From Chlorokybus atmophyticus (lineage: Eukaryota > Plantae > Mesostigma and Chlorokybus algae), in contig RHPI01002533.1 in the NCBI GenBank assembly GCA_009103225.1, forward strand, positions 709,368 to 773,367: a DNA stretch of 64,000 nucleotides, written 5' to 3'. The notes beneath the pieces are model-generated. The model was not told where the DNA came from, ran no database searches, and was given only the letters and a program-made list of their open reading frames with translations. Positions 18,501 to 33,270 of this stretch are shown here, one piece after another. The translations under genes were made by a program, and so were the position numbers. Each line of letters opens with the position of its first letter. Within the stretch, counting starts at the first letter, position 1.

Positions 18501-19777
18501 AGTCCTTCATTATTGCAGGAGGGTCAGACTCCCCTGCCTACAAGGACAAGGCGAGAGTGGTAGCATGCACTGTCAACGGTGTCCAATCCTGTGAGAGCAG
18601 TGCATATCAGAGCAACCATGCCGAAGCCGACAGCAGAGTTTGGCTCCATGCTCTGCTGTGTGGATACCCAACCGTTCTCATCTACTCCCCCGACACAGAT
18701 GTGTCGATCATAGGGCTGTCCGCTCTGGAGCAGTGGCAGTCTCCAGAGCGCAGAGTATACATCCAGCTTGCGACCAACTCCCACTGCACTGCCAGGGCTC
18801 CCTTCATCGACTTGTCCGCCCTGTACACTCACTTGGCTCAGATTCCACAACTACGCCACATCACACCAACACTCCGTGCCAAGTTCATGCTGCTATTCTT
18901 CGCGGGCACGGGATGCGACTATACTAGCTATTTTGCAGGCATCAGCAAGACCTACTTCTGGTCAGATGTACTGGCAAGAGAGACAGAGTTCATCACACGC
19001 TGCGCTGACCTCAACGAGGTCGAGTGTACAGCCGTCCTGATGCGCCTCATCGGATGCGCCTACTTCGCTAAGCACAAAGTAGTTTTCCCAAACTACAACA
19101 GTGCTGCCAGCATCTTCTACGACACCAACGGCATCACAGCCTCGACGGGGGAACTGCCGTCACTTCGTAAATGGCTGCACACAATAGCACAAGGCATATG
19201 GGAAAAGACTGGCGACAGCAAGGAAGACATGCCATCACCTTCAGCGCTGGAGCTGCACGCGAAGAGGAGCAACTGGGTGATCGCAATGTGGCTGCAATCC
19301 TGTACTGCTCAGTTGCAGCTGCCACCCCTTTCAGAGTATGGATATGTACTCGTGGACGGGCTGTTTAAGGCCCAGATGGACACTCCGGAGACCATCGAAG
19401 CTGCCAAGCTCAGAGCGCAGCTCTTGTTGCATGGCTGCAATTGCAAGAAGAATAGATGCAACACAAGGCAGTGCAGATGCAGAAAGAATGGCAGCAGATG
19501 CGGCCCCAGCTGCGGCTGCCTCAACTGTCAGAACCTGGTAGACACCCAAGCCCCCACGCAGGTGGAGCCCACATCAACACAACCACCAGCTGAGTTCACA
19601 GACGATGATGACAGCAGTAGTTCAGAATCAGAGGAAGACCCAGAGGCAAATGAAATTAACATGCGTCCCACGCAGTTTGTGGATCCAGATCAGTCGTCAG
19701 CAGATGAGGAAGACGAACCCACATTCGACGTCCATGCATGGTTGGACCATGTGCAGGATGCAGACATAGCCTGGTAG
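12570..19777 (+). pseudogene. Academ transposase polyprotein (bHLH-like / coiled coil / DDE transposase / XPG-like nuclease / CXC finger), 8 exons, about 2,070 aa, with one in-frame TGA and one -1 frameshift
   Basis: Exons 12570-13010, 13103-13210, 13302-13539, 13623-13705, 14169-14696, 14774-14890, 14994-15140 and 15240-19777 splice in frame at GT-AG sites. Transposase motifs: ATVDNWDF, GGDQKTF, LPGDWHALY, VALDEAHECLINKDLK. Nuclease motifs: LHVVFDDP, NHAEADSRVWLH, YSPDTDV, GTGCDYTSYFAGISK. Finger: GCNCKKNRCNTRQCRCRKNGSRCGPSCGCLNC. Lesions: TGA at 16995-16997 and a frame change near 17760. Confidence 0.85.
13795..14080. other. Assembly gap inside intron 4 of the transposon gene, between (GT)n and poly-G
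   Basis: Seen directly. An extra exon hidden in the gap cannot be excluded. Confidence 0.98.
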
Positions 19778-20061
19778 CACATAAGAACACACTCCGCGTG
19801 CAAATGATAGGCTTCCTGGAGCTGTTCCACATTGTGTATACAGTGCATGCAATCTGTGTGCCTCGTGCCAGAACATGAAGTGCATACATTGAACCAGAAC
19901 ATGATCACAGACGGGCACTGCATTGCACACAACGCCCACGCACACCACAACACAAAACTGTTGCACACAACACACAGGTTGACATGTACATGGCTAGGCA
20001 AACACACACTGCATCTGCAGACACATGCAGACCAGCACAAGGCACAACTGCACAAGCAGCC

Positions 20062-20782
20062 TCAGCCATCTGCCTTATCTGGCAGCTGCACGAAGTCGTG
20101 TGACCCATGGTAGTCACAGTCGCAGGAAGTCGGGGGCATGGCTGGCAGTGAGATCATGCCAGAGCTCATGTAGCCGCTTGCCCCTGCAGCCAGATCCAGC
20201 CAGGCCAAGCGCTTGCCTGCACAGGGGGACAAAACACACCCAGAAATAATGAAATCAGTTGTGCAGCTTCACGCATGCAGATTAACTTACAATCACACAG
20301 TGCAGCAAAAACAACGCTATCTGATGTTAGCCATGCAATACCTGGGCCAGGGTCGTCCCCCATCTGAAAAAGTGCCCGGGCCTGTGGCACACCATGAACC
20401 AGGTGTTCTACGCTCACAATGTCCGGCAGCACTGGGCCCCACGCATCAGCGCGTGGTTCCTCAGCGTGGCGCGACACTGCCAACTGGAAGCCATTACAGA
20501 AGTCCAGGTGGAGGGTCTCGAGGCCGCCGTCTTCAAGTTCACGCGGCCACACCATCATCCCCCGCAGAGTCACCTGCATGCACATTCATAACTTACAATA
20601 AGCACAAGGCCCCACACATCATCGCTCACAGGCAAACTGAAATACAAGCATACCTGACGCATCATGGGAAAGGCGAAGTTGGCGTCGCGCCCAGTCGGAT
20701 ATGCCGGAGGCCCACGCTCAGCAGAAGCGCAACCCTGCACACGCGCAGGACGACGATCGCCCACACCCCCCCCAGCACGCAT
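20062..20782 (-). CDS. Putative second gene of the transposon: orphan protein of 171 aa, 3 exons
   Basis: Exons 20782-20654, 20573-20342 and 20216-20062 splice in frame (CAG|gtatgc..atgcag|GTG; CCAG|gtattg..gtgcag|GC) to a TGA. The ATG lies in GCCACCGCCATG. No family recognised. Confidence 0.55.
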
Positions 20783-21216
20783 GGCGGTGGCACAATCGCA
20801 ATCTCTCCCCACAGGCTGCGACCACGCCGCTACATCGACTACCGCTTGCACAGCCGCGCTGCCCTGGCTCCCAGCAGCACCGTTGCCACCGCTCCCCTCG
20901 GTGCGCACACCGCGGCCGCCTCCACGACCGCCCCCGCGGGCGCCCTCAGCAGCAACGCCAGCCACACCGCCGACACTGCCGCCGCTTTCAACCTACCACC
21001 TCTCGCGCCAAAACCCTCGTTCCTGCCCGTGTTGCCAGCAAACACCTGCGATGACGCCACTCAAAGCCGACACAGACTGCCATTGCTCTCACATCATCGA
21101 CTGTCATCACGTCATCAAGAGCCGACACACACAGCTGAACGGTGCGCACAATCGTTTCACGTCGCGCCGTTATGACGCCATCAGCGTCACAATCGCATCG
21201 CAGTTGATCAGAATGC

Positions 21217-21262
21217 CTGACGCAGTGAATGGCAGGCGGAACCCCCTCGGGCCTCTTGACTG
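21217..21262 (-). repeat. Right bipartite terminal inverted repeat
   Basis: Outer 23-bp block (21240-21262) and inner block CTGACGCAGTGAA (21217-21229), separated by about 10 nt that are absent at the left end. Confidence 0.92.
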
Positions 21263-23680
21263 TTTACCATTTTTTACTGCTGCTTGTAACCGCATGCCGC
21301 ACGCTCCCGTCCCGTTGAGTCCTGCTCGCTTTCTCATTATTCCGGTGTTGCAGACCCCGTTGCATTGTGTTTGATACAACGCATAAGTTATTGATAGTTG
21401 AAGAGAGTTGAGTTGCTAGGTTGTTGGAGCTTCTTTTTCCTTCCGTTCAGTTGAGGCGTAGCTCTTATAACGTGTTTCGAAAGGTTGCCAATGTTGTCAT
21501 CGATTTGCATCTGTTTACAGATAATTTGTAAGGTGGCTTGATAGGCCACCTTACGAATAATACATCCTCTACGTGCAAGCTTTACAACTCCAGCTCCTGG
21601 TGCTGCAATTATCACTATTAAGTCCCACTAAAATTCAACAACTCCGATTGTGAAATGCTCGCGTGCTGACCAACAAAGATGCTGTTAATACTTGAGGCAT
21701 CGCTTACCTCTACCACAACCACCTTCAAGTCAAACAATTGTGTGCACTCAAAGTTCACCTTACTACCATTATATGGATTTGGGTGACACTGAAAAACATC
21801 TATTGTTTTGTTAAGTTGTCGCTGCTTATGCAAACATCCGACATGCATGTAATGGCTGGTGTCACAATCGCTCGCGTTCTTCATAACTCAACACATGTGG
21901 TGGGTACATCCGCACCTCCAACTTGCCATTTCATCCGCAGTCGTGGCAAGGTCAACAGCTTAACCAATGTTTGCATGCATATGGTTGCCACTTTGAGTGG
22001 CAAACAAGATGGGCTCCCAAAGTGTTTTCATATGATCAATAATGATAATAATAGACTCATGTTGATGCCATGTTGAACGTATTTCCTCTCACCCGTAAGA
22101 GCAATGTTACAGAGTTGGCCCCCGCCTCGGATTCATACAGCTCGCGTTGAAGGCCGCGCTCCGCTAGTCCACTTGTAAGGGTGCGTAAGGTCAATTACAA
22201 GCACAATATAGCGGCAACAACGGCGGTCGCTAATGGAAAGGCTTCGATCATCCACTTTCGTGGCCTATTTAATGCTTGGTGCCAGCGGCCACATGGCTTA
22301 CACAAGATTTTTCCATAGTATGGATATCCTAATCCTGATCCATGAACGCAGTCATAATGAAGTGCAAACGCTTGCACTTTGAACATTGTCAAATGACGCC
22401 ATTTGTTAATGCTTGGAGATGATCTCCAACGAGAAATACAACACACGAAACAATCGAAATACAATGAGTCAATGTTATTAATTTTGCACCAGCATTGACA
22501 ACTATTGTACCTTTTGTGTTACCTCGTGTTGCACAATAGGTAGTCCATGCATGTATGGCTCTTATTAACATTAAATATAAACAATAATTAATACAAAAAA
22601 TAAACAGCAGCAACATAATATGTATACATTTCAGCATTGATTGCTGGTATGTGCATGTGTGTTTCCACTCACTCTGGTGATAAAAGTTTTTTTTAACGTA
22701 CGCGCAGTTGTCGTTGCAGCAGGTACTGTTATTGCAATGGCATGCAGATGGTGATCTACCATGCGCTGTGGACAACTGAATGTGGAAGACTTCAGAGAGA
22801 TTTACCCTTGAAGGCAACTGCTGCATAAGCCTATGGTGCCAAAAGCATGCATTGCAACCAGAGCAATAGTGTGGCACACCATCACGTTGCACTTGTCCAC
22901 GAAGTGAAAATGCTAAACCTACAAGCAATACACGGATATACCAATACATGGGCTCACTACTTCCAGATCTGAGGGATACCTACCGGAAGGCTACATTTTG
23001 TATTGTACATGCATGTCGTGGTATTCATCATATCATTTTTCTTCATAGATGTTAATTACCCTTGATTTAATACATCGACTCATGGTATGCTTGCCTTTAT
23101 ATTTGCACAATTATTTCAATTGCTGATACTGGTGGAGTGTGAGCTGCTCAATAGAATTACGAAGCCATGCACAGCTGATACAAGAAAGCCATCATTTTGG
23201 TTTGATGTCACTCTACTATTGCTGTGATTATAGCTATAGCAATTGCATGAACAAGCGCTGCGCGCTTGAATTTGCAGACGCCAAGAAACAGTTGACAGCA
23301 TGGGCCAGCGAACCCAAAGTTTGTGCCAATCTAACTTTCATAGTGAGAATGATCTACTGAAGGTTTGCTGTCTATTAACCGACATTAACAAATGTGCGCT
23401 TGATACGGTTAATAGGTTTTTGCAGCCATACATGCGGTTCAATAAGCTAAAATCCTTGCCTTGATGTGGCAGACACATTGCGCACTTGGAGTTTGCCATA
23501 CAGTGTGCCGCTGCAACCGTGTCACCATTGTATTTGTGCATTGCAGCTTGTGTGTTGTGTATAATAATGCAGGGGTCTATGCTCACTTAGAGGCAGCAGT
23601 TGTGTTAGCAGGCCTTCTTGGGTTGCAAGTGCGCAACTAGCCACGCTTCTTACTGCATTGACAACCACCGCGACTGGCCC

Positions 23681-24251
23681 NNNNNNNNNNNNNNNNNNNN
23701 NNNNNNNNNNNNNNNNNNNNNNNNNNNNNNNNNNNNNNNNNNNNNNNNNNNNNNNNNNNNNNNNNNNNNNNNNNNNNNNNNNNNNNNNNNNNNNNNNNNN
23801 NNNNNNNNNNNNNNNNNNNNNNNNNNNNNNNNNNNNNNNNNNNNNNNNNNNNNNNNNNNNNNNNNNNNNNNNNNNNNNNNNNNNNNNNNNNNNNNNNNNN
23901 NNNNNNNNNNNNNNNNNNNNNNNNNNNNNNNNNNNNNNNNNNNNNNNNNNNNNNNNNNNNNNNNNNNNNNNNNNNNNNNNNNNNNNNNNNNNNNNNNNNN
24001 NNNNNNNNNNNNNNNNNNNNNNNNNNNNNNNNNNNNNNNNNNNNNNNNNNNNNNNNNNNNNNNNNNNNNNNNNNNNNNNNNNNNNNNNNNNNNNNNNNNN
24101 NNNNNNNNNNNNNNNNNNNNNNNNNNNNNNNNNNNNNNNNNNNNNNNNNNNNNNNNNNNNNNNNNNNNNNNNNNNNNNNNNNNNNNNNNNNNNNNNNNNN
24201 NNNNNNNNNNNNNNNNNNNNNNNNNNNNNNNNNNNNNNNNNNNNNNNNNNN
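23681..24251. other. Assembly gap (N)
   Basis: Seen directly. Confidence 0.99.
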
Positions 24252-24645
24252 NCCCCCCCCTCCCTCAAGCGCGCTTCTCCTGCCCTCTCCAGCGTTTATG
24301 CAGATGGGCACCCACCACCCACCACACCATCAGTTGCATTGCACATGGTTGACATAGCAGCGAGCCCCCTATTCTAGTTGTGCTTGGTTGTTGGAGTGGT
24401 GAAGTTATACTGCATGCAATTGCTTATTGGTATTTGTAATGTGCTGTCTATTGATGTACTGGGCCCTCCGTTTTACCCTAGTGCTTATTTGCGTAGTTTC
24501 TTGGTCTAGTTCTACCCGCCGGTCTATGTTTAAGTACCGCGTGCGCTACTGCGGGTGCCCACTGCTGCACAAGCCATACGAAGGAAAGCGTGCTACCAAG
24601 GTGATTGCCACATTGTAACTGAGCTGAGGTAATCGTGCTTGCTAT

Positions 24646-28080
<3,435 letters not shown>

Positions 28081-28480
28081 CAGTCAACTCACGCTTCTAT
28101 CTCAGCACGCAACACATGCGGAGATCACCCGCATCACAATCGTGACACTACGCTGCCCATTAGCACAACGAGGAGCCTGCCGACACCATGAGGCTGCCTT
28201 CAACAAAGCAGCTTGACTGTTCCAGTGCTGAGAGCTTGCTGAACCTCCTCAACTAAGCCTCCTCAAGCTGACCACCAACATCAAGCTGGGGAAGCGCCTA
28301 CCGACAGCACACCCCACATAGCAGTAAGCAAGTCTGCGCACAACCCTACCAAAGCTACAAAGCTAGCAACGCCGTCGCCGAAGCCGCCGCCTTCACCACA
28401 GCCAAGCTCAAGCTCAAGCTCAAGCTCACTGCCTGAGGCGACACTCGAGCTCAGAGCAGTGCACAGGCCTGCTGTGTGCG

Positions 28481-28871
28481 ATGATGGCGGGCGGCGGGCG
28501 TGGATCAGGAGGAGTGGGCCGGCAGCAGGATCCGGATGGTGGCTTTGACGATGGCCCCACGCACGTCGTCGTTGTGCCCAGCCCGCCCGGGGGATTGGGC
28601 CGCAAGGGACGGCCAAGGCCGCAATGTGCGTGTGCTGTGTAGACAGTTGTAAGCTTGGGTGATCGTTCTAGCCACAACATTGAATGCTTCTTGCACTGAG
28701 GAACAGGCTTTATCATAATAATGAAACACACTGTAATGCCTCAAGATGGCGTGCTTGAATTGATGATCAGCTAAGCTGTACTGGTGTGTGCTATATCTGT
28801 TACGCTGCACCAGACTGCCATCTGTCAGCTTGATGCCATCTCTTATGTGCTTGTCATGACTCACACGATGG

Positions 28872-28948
<77 letters not shown>

Positions 28949-31900
28949 NACACACGCGCACACAAGTAAATACCAAACAACAGCTTGTAAGCAGAATAGC
29001 TCTTGTATTAGTACAAACTCTGGACGTCGTAAGCAGCATGAAAGTGTCAGGTCCTGCACTGCATGTCCTGGTTCTCAGTGCTGGTGCACTCAACGGTATT
29101 GTAACATTGGCTCCAATAGGCAATACCTCCTTGCCCACCCCTGTGCACATTGCTAGATAAAAGCGCAGCTGCTAGTGTCCATGTTGCAGAAGCCTGTTGT
29201 ACGGCAATATGTCATCGGCAGTCACTGAACTTTGCAAAGCTAATGCACGCTGTGCGTTTATGACAGCCGCACGGGTCGACTGGTTTGGCTACTGCTCGCG
29301 CTCGTCCGCCGCGCAGCTGCACGAAGCCAACAGGCTGCTCGGTAAGTTATATCGCCTTCAGCAACATTCACTCCGTACATATTGAATACACTTGAGATAC
29401 AAGCTTCACTCCACAACTTCGCATACATACTTGGCTTGATCAGCACTCTCAACCATGAGCAGTATGCAAGTCTGGACACGCAGACAATACCTGTATATAT
29501 ATAGCATACTGTTTGGTCTGATTTGGCATATGCACTTGATGTTGTCTCATTCGGTTTGTGCGTTCATGTGCAGCTGCAGAGGTGGCTCGCCTGCGCGCGG
29601 AGGCAGCTTCCCTGCAGTCGAGCGTGCAGGTGCAGGAGGCCGCGGCAGTGGAGCAGAGAGACCGCACGGCAGAAGCTGTAAGGGCTGCCAAAAGGGAGGC
29701 ACACCGCTTCGACACTGTACTGTTTAAGTGAGTATAATGACAGGAGTGTTATGGAGGAAGCTTACAGATAGGCAGTATGGCTCAACGGGTGCATGGCAGG
29801 TTGAAAGAGGAACAGCGGGCTTGTGCATCAGCGCAGCAGCGTGTGAGTGCGCTGGAGCATGAGGTATGATGTCGTTGCCAGCAGCCAAGTGTGTGCTAAG
29901 TGCTTGGCATGGTCTCGATGGTGGAGTTGACTGCCATGAAGTCCCAAATAGGGTTGCAATGGTGTAAACACAGGTGGGATCATTGCGGCAAGCTGCCGGC
30001 GCACACGAGGAGGCGCAGAAAGGTTGCGAACAAGCGTTGAACAGAGCCAATGGTAAGTCGCTGCACGTTATGGTAGTCTAGCCAGTCACGTTATGTACAA
30101 AACACACAAGCTTTACCAATCGTACTGGCAATTAGTATCATATGTTGCACAACTGACTGCACACACATGCGATGGATTTGAGTAACATAGGCGTAAGATG
30201 CTGTTTGGCGATACCAAAGTGTGCACATTATGCAGAGGCCAATGCAAAGTTGGAGGAGTTGTTGAAGGAGAAGGACAGCCAGCTCACTGCTGAGCGTGCT
30301 TTGAAGGAGCGTGACGGAGAAAGCGCACGTGCGCTTGAACTGCGTGCATCTGAACTCAAAGAAAGACTGGCAATTTCGGTGAGTTGGGCCTAATGTAGAT
30401 TGTGTACTGTGCACGAGAAAACCAGATGTGATGCAGTTGTGTGTACAGGAGGCTGGCAGGGAGAGCCTTGAGACCTTGTTGAGCAGGAGTAAAGAAGCTG
30501 AGGTGAGCCTGCACCAGGGCATCACTTTCGCTGCATGATGCGTGCAACTGTTCACATCTATGCTACAGTAGCAAGCACTGACTTTGTCACTTTGCAGTCT
30601 ATTCAACGGCGACTGACTGACGATGCGTGCGAAAGGTTGCATGCTGCCCAAGTGTTGAATAAGAATTACGAGATCGAGGTTGCTACATTGCGCACACGTC
30701 AGGTGTCGCTGGTAAGTTATCTTTGCACTTGAATTCACTTGAGCTGAAGGTTGTGATGCTTAAAGCGTTGCCATGCCATGCAGGAGGGAGTAGTCAGGTC
30801 GCTCAGCGAGCGTAGTAGCAAGCTGACGCAGTCCCTGCGTGCTGCAGAAGGAAAGGTTTGTTGTTGGCCAAAGTTGAGGAAACCCATTGCACAGCGATGA
30901 AGCGTTGCTGCAGCCATGAGATCGATCTGTTTTGTTTTGCACAGGAGGTGAAGGCTTCAGAGGTTGAGCGCCAAGCGCTACAGGAACAGTTGCGGGCAGA
31001 AGCAGCCGAAGCTGAGGCTGCCAAGTTGAGAGGGGAACTCCAGCGTGTTGCAAGTATGCAGCCGCCATCTGTGCGAGTAGTAATTGTGGGCGCCCATTGC
31101 TGACTGGCGTGTGGTTGCTGTGCAGGTGAACTGCGCAGGGCTTTGGATGCTGATGCTGCAGCAAGGGACATGTCGAATGAGAGCAAACAGCTCGCAGAAG
31201 ATGCTCAAGCACAGCTGGCGCAAGCAACACGCAAACATAAGGTATTTTGGCATGCTGTTGGTGTATGCAGTGTCAAGAGGGTGACACAGACTTTGCATTG
31301 CATGCAGGCGGCACTCAAAGCAGAACGTGAGCGCTACAGTGCTGCAGATGCTGAGTTGACAGAAGCAAAAGAGGAAGTCATTGGCTTGCGTGATAAGTTG
31401 TTGCGATCTGGTAATGATAATGGCCAGTGGTTGGCTGCGCATTGCAAAACACACTCAGATCGCAACCCTAGTCACACAAGTTCAACTATGTTTACAGAAG
31501 CGAAGGTGCAGGAGCTGAGCTCTACCAGTGGCAGTTACCGCAGCGAGGTGGAAAGCCTACAAAAACGCCTTTTGCAGGTGCTTCTTGTACTTTGCAAAAC
31601 ACAACTCACAGCTCATTTCCATCACAACGCTTGCGAGCTGTATGAAAATTAGTTACGCTTTTGTTCACACAAGCTAGTGGTCCACAGGCCGAAGCCACTC
31701 TGAAACAGTCACAGGAGGAGCTGCACAAATGTCGCCGGCGTGCTGAGGATGCTGAAGAAACAGCTCGTAGAACTGAAGAGCAGTTTCAAATCCTTGCTAG
31801 CGAGAAGGTGCTTTTAACATGCATATTCATATCGCCAACATCAATAGTAATGTGCACTCATCAATTCAGGTTGCATGTTTTTAAGTTGGTTGCAACATAG

Positions 31901-32519
31901 ATTGTTGTGACTTACAGAGATTAGCCGACAAAGCCGACTCTGAGCGCGCAAAGGCTTTGGAATTGGCAGTCAATGCCAATGACCGCAAGACGAGAGCTGA
32001 AGCGGAGATGATCAGCTTGCAAGACCAGGTACAGATTTTGCAGGCTGTTCTGCTTGCTTCAACCATCTAAACCAGCTTGACTGATAACCTACGGTCGATG
32101 CTTGCCAGTTGGCAGAAACACAGAATGAGATGGCACGACTGCGTGCTCTCCTGGCATCAGAGCGCATGAAACACCTTGGTGAGATGGAGAAGAAGAGTGC
32201 GCTTGTTGCCGAGACTCTTGCTGCGCTACAGGTAAAGATGACAGTGGTTCTTGCAACGTGTTGACTACATTATATACGTATGTACGTATACATGTATATA
32301 CCCGGATATATGTATACGTATATATATACGTATGTATACGTATACGAATGAATACTTATATATATATATATATATATATATATANNNNNNNNNNNNNNNN
32401 NNNNNNNNNNNNNNNNNNNNNNNNNNNNNNNNNNNNNNNNNNNNNNNNNNNNNNNNNNNNNNNNNNNNNNNNNNNNNNNNNNNNNNNNNNNNNNNNNNNN
32501 NNNNNNNNNNNNNNNNNNN

Positions 32520-32559
<40 letters not shown>

Positions 32560-32642
32560 ACGTTTACGTATATGTATGTATTTACGTATACATACGCATA
32601 CGTATACATACGCATACGTATACATACGTAAACGTATATGTG

Positions 32643-32674
<32 letters not shown>

Positions 32675-33270
32675 TATATATATGTATATGTATATGTATA
32701 TATATATATACATATACATATATATATGTGTGTGTGTGTATAGCAACAGAGTACTTGCAGGAGCAAGAAAAGAAGAACACAAGAGATGAGGCGGCCGCCA
32801 GAGCAACTCGACACAGATTGCGCGAAGTTGAGCGGCAACTCGAGAAGGTGAACGCCAGGTTTGAGGACTCGCAGAGGGAACTTGAGAAGGCATTGCAGCA
32901 GGAAAGCATGCTGTCGGCCGACAACCACAGTCTCAAACACAAGGTGAGGCAAGCTAAGTATCCCATGATTGGCATTGCAAGTTGTTCACCTGTTTACTGA
33001 AAGTTTGCTCACAGTTGAACTCATTGCGGGAGGAGAATCAGTCCATGTTGGTAATGTACGACAAGTGGCTCAAAACGCTCACAGCAAGGTGCGCATGTCA
33101 GTATAATCTGTCACGCATCGTTGGGTATCAGCATGGCAAGCACGTGCTCTGATAAGCCAACAACATGCAGGGAGTCGCCCGTGTCGTTGGATGGCATTGG
33201 ACATGCGCAGAGTGCAGAGTTCCTTGTCAGGCAACAACTGGCTCACCTGGAAAGACCGCACTCTGGTTGA
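28481..33270 (+). CDS. Uncharacterised long coiled-coil protein (many short exons; ends approximate)
   Basis: A series of GT-AG bounded E/A/R/Q-rich heptad exons, e.g. [76 protein letters not shown]. The first exon ([11 protein letters not shown]..) and the stop are inferred. Confidence 0.65.
28873..28948. repeat. Poly-C tract (76 nt) in an intron
   Basis: Seen directly; ends in an N. Confidence 0.85.
32269..32740. repeat. (AT)n / (TATACG)-like microsatellite around an N gap (32385-32519), intronic
   Basis: Seen directly. Confidence 0.95.

Larger units (their letters stand above)
12236..21262 (+). mobile_element. Full-length Academ-superfamily (AcademX-type) DNA transposon, 9,027 bp, with TTTA target site duplication
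   Basis: The left end reads CAGACAAGAGGCCCGAGGGGGTT (12236-12258). The right end is the reverse complement of CAGTCAAGAGGCCCGAGGGGGTT (21240-21262), a 22/23 match. TTTA flanks both ends (12232-12235, 21263-21266). The internal gene has DDE transposase, XPG-like nuclease and Cys-rich finger domains. Confidence 0.88.

Noticed and set aside
12235-21263. Alternative transposon boundaries one base further out with a 3-bp TSD
   Set aside because: The flanks would be TTT versus TTA (mismatch). The CA..TG ends with TTTA/TTTA fit exactly.
21609-21620. Four consecutive stop codons TAA TAG TGA TAA on the minus strand
   Set aside because: This is plausible by chance in AT-rich decayed DNA, and no supported gene ends there.
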